Shown here: positions 38,980-49,805 of the stretch, piece by piece | Position numbering within the stretch: position 1 is the stretch's first letter | Layout of the letters: every line of letters begins with the position of its first letter | DNA from: Eubacteriales bacterium | GTDB lineage: Bacteria; Bacillota; Clostridia; Saccharofermentanales; Fastidiosipilaceae | DNA: 64,000 nucleotides | Assembly (NCBI GenBank): GCA_030537565.1 | Contig: JAUNVS010000001.1 | Span: forward strand, 6,785-70,784 | Reading direction: 5' to 3' | Program-made: the position numbers and the translations under genes | The notes under the pieces: model-generated | What the model was told of the DNA's origin: nothing | Database searches by the model: none | Seen by the model: only the letters and a program-made list of their open reading frames with translations

Positions 38980-39483
38980 TTATTGCAGCTTGTCGACAGA
39001 AATCCCGCGGATCTCTGCGACTTGTTCAGGCGAACGCAGTGCCCCGAGGGCAACCATCGTCGCATTGACGACGTTGTTTGGAGTATGAGTACCGATGACC
39101 TTCGTACGGACGTCTTTTACTCCGCAGAGTTCGAGAACGGCACGGACAGGACCACCTGCGATAACACCAGTACCAGGAACAGCTGGCTTAAGAAGCACCT
39201 TACCTGCACCGAAGGCACCAACATACTCGTGAGGAATCGTCGTCCCTGAAAGAGGAACGCGGATCAGGCTCTTCTTAGCAGCCTCGATTCCCTTGCGAAT
39301 TGCATCGGGGATTTCAGCGGCCTTACCAACGCCCTTACCAACAACACCATGGCCATCGCCGACGACGACTAGGGCTGAGAAACGGAAGTTACGACCGCCC
39401 TTAACCGTCTTACTAACACGGCCAATGTGAATGACGCGCTCTTCTAATTCAAGCGTATTCGGATCAATAAATTCTTGTTGCAT
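38980..39483 (-). CDS. rpsE: 30S ribosomal protein uS5
   Basis: [31 protein letters not shown]. Confidence 0.95.
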   Translation of the reverse strand: MQQEFIDPNTLELEERVIHIGRVSKTVKGGRNFRFSALVVVGDGHGVVGKGVGKAAEIPDAIRKGIEAAKKSLIRVPLSGTTIPHEYVGAFGAGKVLLKPAVPGTGVIAGGPVRAVLELCGVKDVRTKVIGTHTPNNVVNATMVALGALRSPEQVAEIRGISVDKLQ

Positions 39484-39496
39484 AGTTCCTCCTCGC

Positions 39497-39865
39497 TTAG
39501 AACTCTAGGCCGCCATCACGGGCTGCTTCAGCTAATGCTTTTACACGACCATGATAGAGGTAACCCCCACGGTCGAAGACACAGGTATCGATGCCAGCGG
39601 CTTTTGCGCGCTTAGCAATCAGAGTACCGACCACTTTTGCGGCATCTACGTTCGAGCCATGCTCGAGTTCACCCTTAACCTCAGGATCGAGGCTGCTAGC
39701 CTGGCAGAGCGTATGTCCACTGAGATCATCGATCATCTGACAATAGATCTGCTTGTTACTGCGATAGACGCAGAGGCGAGGGCGCTCACTTGAGCCAGAA
39801 ATCTTGCGACGAACTCGGGCGTGGATTCGCTTTCTCACTTCATTTTTCGAGACTTTGTTAATCAT
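39497..39865 (-). CDS. rplR: 50S ribosomal protein uL18
   Basis: [20 protein letters not shown]...[26 protein letters not shown]. Confidence 0.95.
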   Translation of the reverse strand: MINKVSKNEVRKRIHARVRRKISGSSERPRLCVYRSNKQIYCQMIDDLSGHTLCQASSLDPEVKGELEHGSNVDAAKVVGTLIAKRAKAAGIDTCVFDRGGYLYHGRVKALAEAARDGGLEF

Positions 39866-39882
39866 TCACACACCTCTTTCGA

Positions 39883-40422
39883 TTACTTGGAGCTCGTCTT
39901 GCCTTCCTTCAAGTGCAAGACCTCATCTGAATAGCGCACACCGTGGCCATGATATGGATCAGGTTTGCGCAGGGCGCGAATGCGGGCAGCAGTCTCACCA
40001 ACTAGTTGTTTGTCAGCACCCTTAACAGTGATCTTGGTCGTGGCAGGCGCGTCGAGGATAATCCCCTCGGGCTCTTCGAACTCGATTGGATGTGAATAAC
40101 CGAGGTTAATGATCAATTTCTTACCCTGCTTCTGAGCACGATAACCTGTTCCATTAATCTCGAGGCTCTTCTCGTAACCATCCTTAAGTCCGACGACCAT
40201 GTTGTTGATCAGAGAGCGCGTCAAGCCGTGAAGAGCTCGTACTTCTTTCTCATCGGAGTCGCGAGTAACGAGAATCTCGCTACCCTCGACTTTTACATTA
40301 ATTTTCGGATCGACATCGAGGCTCAAGTTCTCTTTAGAATTTGAAACCTGGACGTGATTGCCGTTGAGTTCCACCTTAATCCCGTCAGGAATCGTGATGG
40401 GTTTCTTGCCAATACGGCTCAT
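39883..40422 (-). CDS. rplF: 50S ribosomal protein uL6
   Basis: MSRIGKKPITIPDGIKVELNGNHVQV. Confidence 0.95.
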   Translation of the reverse strand: MSRIGKKPITIPDGIKVELNGNHVQVSNSKENLSLDVDPKINVKVEGSEILVTRDSDEKEVRALHGLTRSLINNMVVGLKDGYEKSLEINGTGYRAQKQGKKLIINLGYSHPIEFEEPEGIILDAPATTKITVKGADKQLVGETAARIRALRKPDPYHGHGVRYSDEVLHLKEGKTSSK

Positions 40423-40489
40423 ATAATTTCCTCCATGCTCTTAAGATTGCGGCACCGAGTCCAAAGACTTGATGCTGTTTCAGAGTTTC

Positions 40490-40885
40490 TTACCAAACGT
40501 AGGCGAGTACTTCGCCGCCGAGTTTCTTCGCGCGAGCTTCCTTGTCCGTCATGACGCCTTCGCTAGTGGTGACGATTGCGATACCGAGACCGTTGAGAAC
40601 GGAGGGCAGCTCAGTCGACTTCGCATAGACGCGCAGACCTGAACGCGAAATGCGCTTAAGTCCCTGAATGACAGGACGCTTGTGATGATACTTGAGCACC
40701 AGGTGCAGGGTCGAATAGTGACCCTCGTTGGTCTCGTGATAACTTTTAATAAAGCCTTCGTTGACGAGAATTTCAGTAATCGCCTTCTTCAGTTTCGATG
40801 AAGGTACATCGACGGCATCGTGGCCGGCACTGGAGGCATTGCGGATTCTCGTGAGCATATCGGCTACTGGATCTGTTAATTGCAT
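40490..40885 (-). CDS. rpsH: 30S ribosomal protein uS8
   Basis: [33 protein letters not shown]. Confidence 0.95.
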   Translation of the reverse strand: MQLTDPVADMLTRIRNASSAGHDAVDVPSSKLKKAITEILVNEGFIKSYHETNEGHYSTLHLVLKYHHKRPVIQGLKRISRSGLRVYAKSTELPSVLNGLGIAIVTTSEGVMTDKEARAKKLGGEVLAYVW

Positions 40886-40904
40886 TATCGTTCCTCCTAT
40901 TGCC

Positions 40905-41090
40905 TTACCAGCTGGCCTTTTTCACACCCGGGATCTCGCCCTTATAAGCGAGATTACGGAAGCAAAGACGGCAGACGCCATATTTACGGAGATAAGCGTG
41001 GGGACGACCGCAGAGCTTACAGCGATTGACTTCGCGGGTGCTAAACTTCGCCACCTTTTGCGATTTTAGAATCTGAGACTTTTTAGCCAT
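40905..41090 (-). CDS. rpsN: 30S ribosomal protein uS14, zinc-binding type Z
   Basis: 61 aa with the [22 protein letters not shown] zinc ribbon. Confidence 0.95.
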   Translation of the reverse strand: MAKKSQILKSQKVAKFSTREVNRCKLCGRPHAYLRKYGVCRLCFRNLAYKGEIPGVKKASW

Positions 41091-41109
41091 GTTTCACTCC
41101 TTCGTAGCC

Positions 41110-41646
41110 CTAGCGAGAGAAAGGCATGCCGAGCTGTGTTAGAAGCTCGCGGCCCTCTTCGTCAGTATTCGCCGTCGTCACGATAATGATGTCCATACCG
41201 CGAATCTTATCGATTTTATCATAATCGATTTCAGGGAAAATCAACTGTTCTTTGATCCCCATGGCATAGTTACCACGACCATCAAAGGAGTTCGGATTTA
41301 AACCACGGAAGTCGCGAATGCGGGGAACAGCAACACTGATGAAGCGATCGAGGAATTCATACATCTTCTCACCACGCAGTGTGACCTTGCATCCGATGCT
41401 CATCCCCTCACGAAGGCGGAAATTCGCAATCGACTTCTTGGCCTTAGTGATGACTGGACGCTGACCGGCCATGATCGCCATGTCTGCAGCAGCATTCTCG
41501 ATCGACTTAGAATTCTCTTTATCGTTGACACCCATGTTGAGCACGATTTTTTCGAGCTTCGGGATCTGCATCGTCGACTTATAATTGAAGCGCTCTCTCA
41601 GAGCTGGGGCGACTTCAGAAACGTACTTATCTTTTAATCTTGACAT
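41110..41646 (-). CDS. rplE: 50S ribosomal protein uL5
   Basis: [40 protein letters not shown]. Confidence 0.95.
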   Translation of the reverse strand: MSRLKDKYVSEVAPALRERFNYKSTMQIPKLEKIVLNMGVNDKENSKSIENAAADMAIMAGQRPVITKAKKSIANFRLREGMSIGCKVTLRGEKMYEFLDRFISVAVPRIRDFRGLNPNSFDGRGNYAMGIKEQLIFPEIDYDKIDKIRGMDIIIVTTANTDEEGRELLTQLGMPFSR

Positions 41647-41660
41647 AATCGCCTCCTCCT

Positions 41661-42002
41661 CTACTTCTTCTTCGTCTTAAGCGTCGAGATCTCGTTGCCA
41701 CTTGCCTTTGAATAGCGAACGCGGTCGCCATTCTCGAGGACTTTTACACCCGTCTTAGAGGGGCGCTTGGACTTGGGATCGACGTACATAACATTTGAGG
41801 CGTGAATCGGAGCTTCCATCTGGACGATGCCGCTCTGATCAGTCGGACGAATTGCTTTTTTATGACGACTGACAACGTTTACACCTTCAACTACGACGCG
41901 GTTGGTCTTGGGGATGACACGCAAGACTTCACCAGTCTTACCTCGGTCCTTCCCGCTGAGCACATAAACCGTATCGCCTTTTTTCACATGAATTTTGGCC
42001 AT
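41661..42002 (-). CDS. rplX: 50S ribosomal protein uL24
   Basis: [27 protein letters not shown] is a KOW motif. Confidence 0.95.
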   Translation of the reverse strand: MAKIHVKKGDTVYVLSGKDRGKTGEVLRVIPKTNRVVVEGVNVVSRHKKAIRPTDQSGIVQMEAPIHASNVMYVDPKSKRPSKTGVKVLENGDRVRYSKASGNEISTLKTKKK

Positions 42003-42019
42003 GATATCCTCCTTACGGC

Positions 42020-42388
42020 TTAGAGTACTTCGGGAGCAAGGGAGAGAATGCGCATGTACTCATGGTCTCTCAACTCTCTTGCGATCGGTCCGAAGATACG
42101 AGTTCCTACTGGGTTCTTATCGTCACGAATCAGGACAGCTGCGTTCTCATCAAACTTGATGTAAGAACCATCCTTACGACGAACGCCGCGCTTGCTGCGA
42201 ACGATAACGGCCTTAACGACATCACCCTTTTTAACAGAACCACCAGGTGCTGCCTCGCGAACAGAACAGACGATGACATCACCGACGTTTGCTGTACGAC
42301 GCATCGAGCCACCTAGGACTTTGATACACATTAACTCACGCGCCCCCGTATTATCCGCGGGTCGGAGTAAGGTTTGTACTTGAATCAT
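42020..42388 (-). CDS. rplN: 50S ribosomal protein uL14
   Basis: [28 protein letters not shown]. Confidence 0.95.
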   Translation of the reverse strand: MIQVQTLLRPADNTGARELMCIKVLGGSMRRTANVGDVIVCSVREAAPGGSVKKGDVVKAVIVRSKRGVRRKDGSYIKFDENAAVLIRDDKNPVGTRIFGPIARELRDHEYMRILSLAPEVL

Positions 42389-42412
42389 ATTGACCTCCTA
42401 CACTAAGCGGAA

Positions 42413-42676
42413 TTACTTCGCGCGCTCAACAATGCTGAGTAAGCGCCAGCGCTTGCTCTTGCTCAAAGGACGCGTTTCCATAATCTTGACTTTATCGCCC
42501 TCGCGGCAGCTGTTCTCTTCGTCGTGGGCCTTAAAGCGCACCGAACGCTTGACATACTTTCCGTACAGGGGCGCCTTTTTCATATCGGCAACTTCGACGA
42601 CGATGGTCTTATCCATCTTGTCGGAGACGACGATACCCGTGCGCACTTTACGCAGATTTCTTTCTTTACTCTCCAT
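42413..42676 (-). CDS. rpsQ: 30S ribosomal protein uS17
   Basis: [21 protein letters not shown]...KAHDEEN. Confidence 0.95.
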   Translation of the reverse strand: MESKERNLRKVRTGIVVSDKMDKTIVVEVADMKKAPLYGKYVKRSVRFKAHDEENSCREGDKVKIMETRPLSKSKRWRLLSIVERAK

Positions 42677-42687
42677 ATCGTCCTCCC

Positions 42688-42894
42688 TTAGGCCTTACGC
42701 TGAGCTTCCAATTCGCGTTCGCGAAGGATCGTCTTGACGCGAGCGATGTTACGCTTGACTTCACGCAGCTGTGAATTGTCTTCGAGCTGATGAGTCGCGT
42801 GACGAAAGCGGAGCTTGAATAGCTCTTGAGTCAATTCATTGACTTCTTGGACGAGCTCTTCCTGGGATTTCTCTCTCAAGCTAGCAAGTTTCAT
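42688..42894 (-). CDS. rpmC: 50S ribosomal protein uL29
   Basis: 68 aa, [33 protein letters not shown]. Confidence 0.93.
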   Translation of the reverse strand: MKLASLREKSQEELVQEVNELTQELFKLRFRHATHQLEDNSQLREVKRNIARVKTILRERELEAQRKA

Positions 42895-43310
42895 GCGTCA
42901 GCCTCCTCCCTTTTTACGATCTTGGTCTTACATGGAAGCTTGTGCTGCGCTAGACGCAGAGCTTCACGGGCGACTTGTTCGTTGATGGCCTTTACCTCAA
43001 AGAGGACACGACCTGGTTTGATGACCGCAACCCAGAACTCGGGTGAACCCTTACCACTACCCATTCGGGTTTCGGCTGGTTTCTTCGTAACGGGCTTATC
43101 GGGGAAGACTTTGATCCAAACCTTACCACCACGGCGCATGCGACGGTTAATCGCGATACGGGCTGCTTCGATTTGGTTACTGCGTAGCCAGCATGGCTCA
43201 ACAGCCTGGATACCAAAATCGCCGTAGCACACAGTGTTACCACGTGAGGCCTTACCCTTCATGCGACCACGGTGCTGTCTTCTATATTTAACTCTCTTCG
43301 GAAGTAACAT
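42891..43310 (-). CDS. rplP: 50S ribosomal protein uL16
   Basis: [25 protein letters not shown]. Confidence 0.95.
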   Translation of the reverse strand: MLLPKRVKYRRQHRGRMKGKASRGNTVCYGDFGIQAVEPCWLRSNQIEAARIAINRRMRRGGKVWIKVFPDKPVTKKPAETRMGSGKGSPEFWVAVIKPGRVLFEVKAINEQVAREALRLAQHKLPCKTKIVKREEADA

Positions 43311-43981
43311 TAGCGGTCTCCTCCTTTTTGCACGACATTGGCTTGCTTAACAGGAAAGACATCGCCTTTGTAGATCCAGACCTTTACGCCGATCTGGCCA
43401 TACTGTGTCTTCGCTTCTGCGAAACCATAATCGATGTCGGCACGGAAGGTTGCAAGCGGAATCGTGCCATCGTGATAATGCTCGGTACGAGCGATATCAG
43501 CACCACCTAAGCGGCCAGCAACCTGGGTTTTAATCCCCTTTGCACCGCTCTTCATTGCACGACCCATGCACTGCTTCATGGCACGGCGGAAGGAAATACG
43601 ACGCTCAAGTTGGCTTGCGATGTTCTCTGCAACGAGCTGTGCGTCTGCATCTGGATTCTTAACTTCATTAACATTAATGAAGAAATCCTTTTGGAAACGC
43701 TTCTTGAGATCCTTTTTCATCTGCTCGATACCAGCGCCCTGGCGGCCAATCACCATACCAGGCTTAGCGGTGAAGATCGTAATCGTCGTCTTGTCATCGC
43801 CCTTACGCTCGATATCGCAACGGCTAAGTCCGCTGGCGAAGCAATACTTCTTAATGAAGTCACGAATCTGCTTATCTTCGATCAGGTACTTGCTGAAATT
43901 CTTTTTTTCCGAATACCACTTGGTGCTCCAGTCTTTAATGACACCGACGCGGATACCATGCGGATTGATCTTTTGACCCAT
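43310..43981 (-). CDS. rpsC: 30S ribosomal protein uS3
   Basis: [23 protein letters not shown]. Confidence 0.95.
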   Translation of the reverse strand: MGQKINPHGIRVGVIKDWSTKWYSEKKNFSKYLIEDKQIRDFIKKYCFASGLSRCDIERKGDDKTTITIFTAKPGMVIGRQGAGIEQMKKDLKKRFQKDFFINVNEVKNPDADAQLVAENIASQLERRISFRRAMKQCMGRAMKSGAKGIKTQVAGRLGGADIARTEHYHDGTIPLATFRADIDYGFAEAKTQYGQIGVKVWIYKGDVFPVKQANVVQKGGDR

Positions 43982-43993
43982 GATTGCCTCCCC

Positions 43994-44476
43994 TTATGCT
44001 TCCTGCTTTTCGCGAACCGTAATCGAGATATGGCTACTGCGCTTAAGAATCTTGCCAGCGCCACCGCGAGCACGGGGCTGGAAACGCTTCATCGTTGGGC
44101 CTTCGTTGGCGTAGGCTTCAGCGACATAAAGCTTCTCGGCGCTAAGTTCGTTGTTGTTAACGGCATTGGCCGTGGCAGAAGCTAACAGTTTCTGGAGAAC
44201 AGGTGCAGCGACCTTATTCGTATAGCGCAGAATCGCTTCTGCTTCTTTTAATGACTTACCGCGAATCAACTTGAGCACAATATTGACCTTACTAGGGGCA
44301 ATGCGAACATATTTGGCGGTGGCGTGACCTTCGTCTTTACCGATACCGAGTTCTTTACGTTCCTTTTTGCTCAGGAGGCGTGCCTTACGGCTTTTGGGAC
44401 TCTGGGCGTAATATGCAGCCCGTAGGTCCTCGCGGTGAGTCTGCATGTACTCTTTGCTCATGACTTTTCTACTCAC
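43994..44476 (-). CDS. rplV: 50S ribosomal protein uL22 with an N-terminal extension
   Basis: The core ATAKYVRIAPSKVNIVLKLIRGKSLKEAEAILRY is preceded by about 45 extra residues. GTG start at 44476, 5 nt after GAGGAGGA. Confidence 0.9.
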   Translation of the reverse strand: MSRKVMSKEYMQTHREDLRAAYYAQSPKSRKARLLSKKERKELGIGKDEGHATAKYVRIAPSKVNIVLKLIRGKSLKEAEAILRYTNKVAAPVLQKLLASATANAVNNNELSAEKLYVAEAYANEGPTMKRFQPRARGGAGKILKRSSHISITVREKQEA

Positions 44477-44491
44477 AGTTTCCTCCTCACA

Positions 44492-44773
44492 TTACCGAGA
44501 AGAACGTTCGTTCTTCGAACCGGCATGACCGCGATAGGTACGGGTTGGCGCAAACTCACCAAGCTTGTGTCCGACCATTTCTTCGGTGATGTAAACCGGG
44601 ACGTGCTTATGACCGTCGTGGACCGCAATCGTATGTCCGACCATCTCTGGGAAGATTGTCGAGGCACGCGACCAAGTCTTGATCACGTTCTTTTCGTTCT
44701 TATCGTTCATAGCTTCGATCTTCTTCATAAGATGATCGGCTACAAAATAACCTTTTTTTGTTGAACGGCTCAT
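44492..44773 (-). CDS. rpsS: 30S ribosomal protein uS19
   Basis: [19 protein letters not shown]...TYRGHAG. Confidence 0.95.
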   Translation of the reverse strand: MSRSTKKGYFVADHLMKKIEAMNDKNEKNVIKTWSRASTIFPEMVGHTIAVHDGHKHVPVYITEEMVGHKLGEFAPTRTYRGHAGSKNERSSR

Positions 44774-44784
44774 CCTTGCCTCCC

Positions 44785-45612
44785 TTATTTACGTCTCTTA
44801 ACGATGAACTGATTGGACTTCTTGTTACGCTTACGAGTCTTGTAACCCAGAGTCGGGACACCCCAAGGTGTAACAGGGCTGGGACGACCGATGGGAGACT
44901 TACCCTCACCACCACCATGGGGGTGATCGTTGGGGTTCATGACAACACCGCGGACATGGGGGCGACGGCCCTTATAGCGACTCTTACCCGCCTTACCGAC
45001 GGAGACGTTCTCATGCTCTTGGTTACCAACCGAACCGATGGTTGCAGCACACTGGATCGGGACCATGCGGACCTCACCCGAAGGCAGACGAAGCTGAGCA
45101 TACTTGCCCTCTTTTGCGATTAACTGAGCCTCAGCACCAGCGGTACGAACCATCTGTGCACCACGACCAGGATTCAATTCGATGTTATGAACCACCGTAC
45201 CAACAGGGATGTTGGCGAGTGGGAGGCAGTTGCCGGTGCGAATGTCTGCATCAGCACCTGAGACGACGACATCGCCGACTTTTAGGCCCTGAGGCTGCAG
45301 GATGTATGTCTTCGCACCATCGGCATAGAAGAGCAGTGCGAGGTAAGCGGTGCGATTTGGATCGTATTCGATGGCAGCAACGCGTGCTGGGACACCGAAC
45401 TTGTTACGACGCCATTCGATCAGGCGGATCTTACGTTTATTGCCACCGCCGCGATGACGTGAGGTGATGCGGCCGTAGTTGTTTCGACCACCCGAATGGG
45501 GATTTTTCTTAGTAAGTGCCTTTTCAGGGCTCTTCTTAGTAATGACCGAGTAGTCCGCAACCGACATGCCACGGCGACCAGCGGAAGTCGGTCTGTAATT
45601 TTTGACTGGCAT
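44785..45612 (-). CDS. rplB: 50S ribosomal protein uL2
   Basis: [17 protein letters not shown]...[16 protein letters not shown]...HPHGGGEGK. Confidence 0.95.
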   Translation of the reverse strand: MPVKNYRPTSAGRRGMSVADYSVITKKSPEKALTKKNPHSGGRNNYGRITSRHRGGGNKRKIRLIEWRRNKFGVPARVAAIEYDPNRTAYLALLFYADGAKTYILQPQGLKVGDVVVSGADADIRTGNCLPLANIPVGTVVHNIELNPGRGAQMVRTAGAEAQLIAKEGKYAQLRLPSGEVRMVPIQCAATIGSVGNQEHENVSVGKAGKSRYKGRRPHVRGVVMNPNDHPHGGGEGKSPIGRPSPVTPWGVPTLGYKTRKRNKKSNQFIVKRRK

Positions 45613-45635
45613 AATGTACTCCTATCTCTTCCGTG

Positions 45636-45989
45636 TCAGAGGGACAAGCCGAATTCTTCGATCTCGGTCTTGTACTTACGATTGATCGTCTTCTTTTCTC
45701 CGCCCTTTGCGAGATAGCTCGTCGCCTTGGGATCGAGGTCGATCGTGACGATCGCTTTTTTCCAAGACTTACGACGGCCGAGGTGCTGGCCGACTCGCTT
45801 TAGCTTACCTTCGAGGTTCTGTGTATTGACTTTAAGCACCTTAACCTGGAAGAGCTTCTCACAGGCCTGACGAATTTCTGGCTTAGTGGCGTCAACTGCA
45901 ACCTCAAAGGTGTAGCGACCTAGCATCGCATCTTCCGTGCTCGCCTCAGTAATTACAGGACGTAAAATAATCTGTTCAGCAGTCTTCAT
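45636..45989 (-). CDS. rplW: 50S ribosomal protein uL23
   Basis: ILRPVITEASTEDAMLGRYTFEV. The start overlaps the rplD stop (TAATG). Confidence 0.93.
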   Translation of the reverse strand: MKTAEQIILRPVITEASTEDAMLGRYTFEVAVDATKPEIRQACEKLFQVKVLKVNTQNLEGKLKRVGQHLGRRKSWKKAIVTIDLDPKATSYLAKGGEKKTINRKYKTEIEEFGLSL

Positions 45990-46609
45990 TATTGATATAC
46001 CTCCTGAATTTTTTCGGCGGCCTTTTTCGTCATCAAGAGTGCATCGTACTTCAAGAGATCGAAGACGTTGACTTCATTAACAGTAGCTGTCTTAACACCA
46101 ACGAGATTGCGACCCGAAAGAAGCAGATTCTTGTTGTACTCAGACTCGACGACGAACACATTGTTCAACTTAAGTGCCGCGAGGATCTTATTAAGTTCCT
46201 TCGTCTTAATCTCGGCGAGATCCAGGTCTTCGACAACGAAGAGCTTGGAATCCTGAAGCTTCGAGGAGAATGCCGACTTAAGAGCGAGGCGCTTCACCTT
46301 TTTATTAACACTGAAGGAATAGTCTCTGGGGGATGGCCCGAAAATAATTCCGCCGCCGACCCACTGTGCCGCACGAATCGATCCCTGACGGGCGCGACCG
46401 GTGCCCTTTTGGCGCCAAGGCTTACGGCCACCACCGCGGCGTTGGCTGCGGCCCTTCGTCGCAGATGTGCCCTGACGACGATTGGCGAGCTGCTGACGCA
46501 CCACCAGGTGCATTGCATTCACATCGGGTTGAATTCCGAAAATCTGATCGTTGAGTTCGATCTGACCCGTCACTTCACCCTTTTTATTTAAAACGTCAAC
46601 TTTTGCCAT
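45989..46609 (-). CDS. rplD: 50S ribosomal protein uL4
   Basis: ...VRQQLANRRQGTSATKGRSQRRGGGRKPWRQKGTGRARQGS. Confidence 0.95.
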   Translation of the reverse strand: MAKVDVLNKKGEVTGQIELNDQIFGIQPDVNAMHLVVRQQLANRRQGTSATKGRSQRRGGGRKPWRQKGTGRARQGSIRAAQWVGGGIIFGPSPRDYSFSVNKKVKRLALKSAFSSKLQDSKLFVVEDLDLAEIKTKELNKILAALKLNNVFVVESEYNKNLLLSGRNLVGVKTATVNEVNVFDLLKYDALLMTKKAAEKIQEVYQ

Positions 46610-46623
46610 GACTCATTTCCTCC

Positions 46624-47271
46624 TTACGACTCAGCGCCGTTGCGCTTGACGGTCGACTTTAGCTCGAGGAGGGAACCCTTGGGGCCAGGAACAGCACCCT
46701 TGACTGCGAGAATATTGCGCTCGCTATCGATGAAAGCCACCTCTAAGTTCTGGACCGTGACACGGGCAGCGCCCATGTGACCTGGCATCTTCTTACCCTT
46801 CATAACGCGACTGGGGGTTGCAGAAGAACCCATCGAACCAACACGACGGTGGTACTTCGAACCGTGAGCCTCGCGTCCACCCTTTTGGCCGTGACGCTTG
46901 ACGTTACCCTGGAAGCCTTTTCCCTTGCTCGTGCCGGTGACGTCTACATGATCACCAAGGTTGAAGACTTCGCCGACCTTAATCTCTTTACCGAGCTCAT
47001 AGGCGTCTAGATCTTCAACGCGATGTTCACGCAGATAGCGCATCGCTTTTGTATTTGCTTTTTTAAACTGTCCCATATCGGGCTTATTGACGAGATTTTC
47101 GCGTTTTTCAACGAAACCGAACTTAACCGCCTGATAGCCATCGACTTCCGCTGTCTTCTTCTGAACGACAGTGATCGGGCCACACTCGATAACGGTTACT
47201 GGAATAACTTCACCGTTTTCTGTAAAGAGCTGGGTCATGCCGGCCTTTCGCCCCATCATGTATTGATCCAT
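46624..47271 (-). CDS. rplC: 50S ribosomal protein uL3
   Basis: GRKAGMTQLFTENGEVIPVTVIE..., with a GGAGG RBS 7 nt upstream. Confidence 0.95.
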   Translation of the reverse strand: MDQYMMGRKAGMTQLFTENGEVIPVTVIECGPITVVQKKTAEVDGYQAVKFGFVEKRENLVNKPDMGQFKKANTKAMRYLREHRVEDLDAYELGKEIKVGEVFNLGDHVDVTGTSKGKGFQGNVKRHGQKGGREAHGSKYHRRVGSMGSSATPSRVMKGKKMPGHMGAARVTVQNLEVAFIDSERNILAVKGAVPGPKGSLLELKSTVKRNGAES

Positions 47272-47311
47272 GAATATACCTCCGTTATTGGTTTACAACT
47301 GTAAACGTAAC

Positions 47312-47623
47312 TCAAATCTTAATCTCGATATTCACACCAGCTGGCATGTCTAAATGCGTCAAGGCATCGACCGTCTTCGAGTTCGGTGCAAAAATATCAA
47401 TTAAACGCTTGTGGGTGCGAATCTCAAACTGTTCGCGAGAATCCTTATGTTTATGAGGCGAACGCAAGATCGTGACAATTTCCTTCTCTGTAGGAAGTGG
47501 AACTGGTCCAGAAATCGACGCGCCAGTGCGTTCGGCGGTCTCGACGATGCGAGCGGCGGAGATATCCAAAATCTCGTGATCATAGCCCTTCAAACGGATT
47601 CTAATCTTCTGATGTCCTGCCAT
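47312..47623 (-). CDS. rpsJ: 30S ribosomal protein uS10
   Basis: [41 protein letters not shown]. Confidence 0.95.
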   Translation of the reverse strand: MAGHQKIRIRLKGYDHEILDISAARIVETAERTGASISGPVPLPTEKEIVTILRSPHKHKDSREQFEIRTHKRLIDIFAPNSKTVDALTHLDMPAGVNIEIKI

Positions 47624-47865
47624 TTTTATCCTCCTATGGCCTGCTCAGGCTGCTACTCATCCGCGTGTTTCATCCCTTTGCATGAAAAAACCCGGTTTCC
47701 TACATAGGTATCCCAGGTTCGTTGCGAACATCGCCTGCGGATAGGTCAAAGCCTGTCGCCGGTATAAATTCCGGCTGCTCGGTTTAAGTTACCCGCCTAC
47801 ACCGCAGTAGTGTTTACGGCAATCTCAAACGTCAACACAGTCTCGCTTTTTGCGAGACGCACTAC

Positions 47866-47894
47866 AATATAACCTAGTCCGCCGGGCGTTTCAA
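47866..47894 (-). promoter_or_regulatory. Sigma-70 promoter of the S10 operon
   Basis: Minus strand reads TTGAAA-17 nt-TATATT, which implies a 5' leader of about 235 nt before the rpsJ ATG. Confidence 0.6.
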
Positions 47895-47912
47895 GTTTAT
47901 TCGCGCGATAAA

Positions 47913-47940
47913 TCGACAAATTTTTGAATTTATTTGTCGA
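47913..47940 (-). terminator. AT-rich hairpin downstream of hslO (possible terminator or operator)
   Basis: Perfect 9-bp inverted repeat TCGACAAAT-N10-ATTTGTCGA, followed on the minus strand by TTTAT. Confidence 0.35.
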
Positions 47941-48004
47941 CTTCGCTTGTGCATCTGATTGCGCATTAAAACTGCTTGCAGACTCGATGCAATAGAGACG
48001 ATCG

Positions 48005-48907
48005 TCAACGTCGACTCACTTCATCGAGCATACTTCGTATCTCCGTCTGACTGTAATGATAATCACTTCCACAGTAATCACAATGGAGATCAATCCCAGC
48101 TGCATCCTCTGCTAGTTCAGTCAAGTCTGCTGCGCCGAGACTAATTAACTTCTTCTCGAAATAGGATTTGGAACACGGACAATAATAGCGAAGCGGCTGG
48201 CGCTCTAAATAGCGGATCTCTGGATCCCCCAAAAACAAGTCCAAGATCTCGGCCGTATCAAAATCCTCGGCAAGATCTTCGAGATCTGGAAAGTTCCGAG
48301 CCCGTTTTTCGACCCGCTCGATCGTTTCCTCAGAAGCGAAGGGGAGCAATTCCACGAACAGACCTAAAACGCGCCAGCGCCCCGAGCGATCGATACTATG
48401 AGCGAATCTCATCATCGAAGCCCGCTGCTCGGAATGCTTCAGATAATACGCAAACGCATTCGCTAGATTCGTACTCTCCATTTCGATGATGCCCGTATAG
48501 GGATGTCCCTGCATCAAAGTTTTAATCACGCGGAGCTCAGACGCAGCGAGTTCAAATGGCTCAGCCCCGAGCGGATTCAAATCAGGCTGCGTGCAGCTCA
48601 CCCGAATCTCGCCTGCTGAATTGCAAAAACTGACAATGGACAAGGAGCCGTCTTTCGTCCTCAACTGACTCGATATTTTGGCGTCTGAATTCTTTAAATC
48701 ATGGGCCATAAACGCATTGCCGACCATCATCTCCGCACAGAATTGAGTCGCACTTTCACTCAAGCCAAATCGAGACTTCGCCTCCGCACTCGTATCACTG
48801 AGATCGATGCACATCACTCTCACCTCAGATTGATAGCCGGAAGCGAGGATCAGATGATCTCCTGGCGCATGCACATTTTCAAAATTACGAATATCACTAT
48901 GGTCCAT
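48005..48907 (-). CDS. hslO: Hsp33 family redox-regulated chaperone
   Basis: 300 aa with the C-terminal zinc centre CPCSKSYF...CDYCGSDYHY. Confidence 0.9.
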   Translation of the reverse strand: MDHSDIRNFENVHAPGDHLILASGYQSEVRVMCIDLSDTSAEAKSRFGLSESATQFCAEMMVGNAFMAHDLKNSDAKISSQLRTKDGSLSIVSFCNSAGEIRVSCTQPDLNPLGAEPFELAASELRVIKTLMQGHPYTGIIEMESTNLANAFAYYLKHSEQRASMMRFAHSIDRSGRWRVLGLFVELLPFASEETIERVEKRARNFPDLEDLAEDFDTAEILDLFLGDPEIRYLERQPLRYYCPCSKSYFEKKLISLGAADLTELAEDAAGIDLHCDYCGSDYHYSQTEIRSMLDEVSRR

Positions 48908-48931
48908 TCTTCAAAGACTCCTCCCAGGCGT

Positions 48932-49795
48932 TCAGCGACGCCGGCAGCAAAAAATCCAACGATTGGGATAATTCTGGGCTAAGAAATCCCCCCAAGGCTG
49001 AGCGTCTCGTCCCTGCAAGACTTCGAAAAACTCATCTTCGCTATGTCGGAGATCAAGATCAAAGCCCAATCGATCGAGCTCCCGACTCAACGCCTCGGGC
49101 GAGTGATAGAACTCCTCCAGATGCGCCGACTTGCGTCGGTAGAGCACTTCGCCCCCATCACATTTTTCGAAGAGCGTAAATTCAGCCTGGTTGACGAGGC
49201 CGTCTTCAGAAAGCTGGTTGCGCCAAACTAGATAGCGGGAGCCAAAATCCTCAACGTAATCCTGGCCCAAGAAAAAGTCAAAATACTCATCGTCATAGAG
49301 ATCAAAGAGTAGGTAAGCCCCCCTGTCCAAGCGATTGGATGCATCGGCCAGTACGGCGAGGAGGTCCTCATGCCGAAGGTGGTTGAAGGTATCTAAAAAC
49401 GCGGCTATCAAGTCGATCCCGCCCTGCTCCCACGATGAGCAAATTCGATCCATCGCTTCCAGATCGAGAAAGTCAGCGAGATGAAAGCGAATCGCCATCC
49501 CCGCATCCCGCGCCCCTGCCTCGGCCTCTGCAATCAATGCAGGACTGAAATCAATTCCGTGGACTTCATAACCGAGCCGAGCAAGAGCCGAACTCGTCTG
49601 GCCAGCCGCCGCCCCATAATCTAAGACCCGCCGCTGGCTCCGGCTTGCAAAATCTGGATCCTGAGAATCGATGAAGTCCATCAAGAGTTCAACATATCGC
49701 TCACTCTCGCTGTGTTTATTCTGCCAGAGCCCATAAACCTCAGCAATTAAGTCGTACGCCTCCCGATTATTGGCCTCCATACCGTCGCCCTCCAT
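48932..49795 (-). CDS. Class I SAM-dependent methyltransferase, substrate unknown
   Basis: Motif I VLDYGAAAGQTS followed by GYEVHGIDFSP. Confidence 0.75.
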   Translation of the reverse strand: MEGDGMEANNREAYDLIAEVYGLWQNKHSESERYVELLMDFIDSQDPDFASRSQRRVLDYGAAAGQTSSALARLGYEVHGIDFSPALIAEAEAGARDAGMAIRFHLADFLDLEAMDRICSSWEQGGIDLIAAFLDTFNHLRHEDLLAVLADASNRLDRGAYLLFDLYDDEYFDFFLGQDYVEDFGSRYLVWRNQLSEDGLVNQAEFTLFEKCDGGEVLYRRKSAHLEEFYHSPEALSRELDRLGFDLDLRHSEDEFFEVLQGRDAQPWGDFLAQNYPNRWIFCCRRR

Positions 49796-49805
49796 CAGAT
49801 CCGAT

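Noticed and set aside
43610-44185. Long plus-strand ORFs inside the ribosomal operons (for example 43610..44185, 45992..46591, 44758..45123, 42826..43227)
   Set aside because: They are antisense shadows of highly conserved ribosomal-protein genes. Their translations are low complexity and have no RBS.
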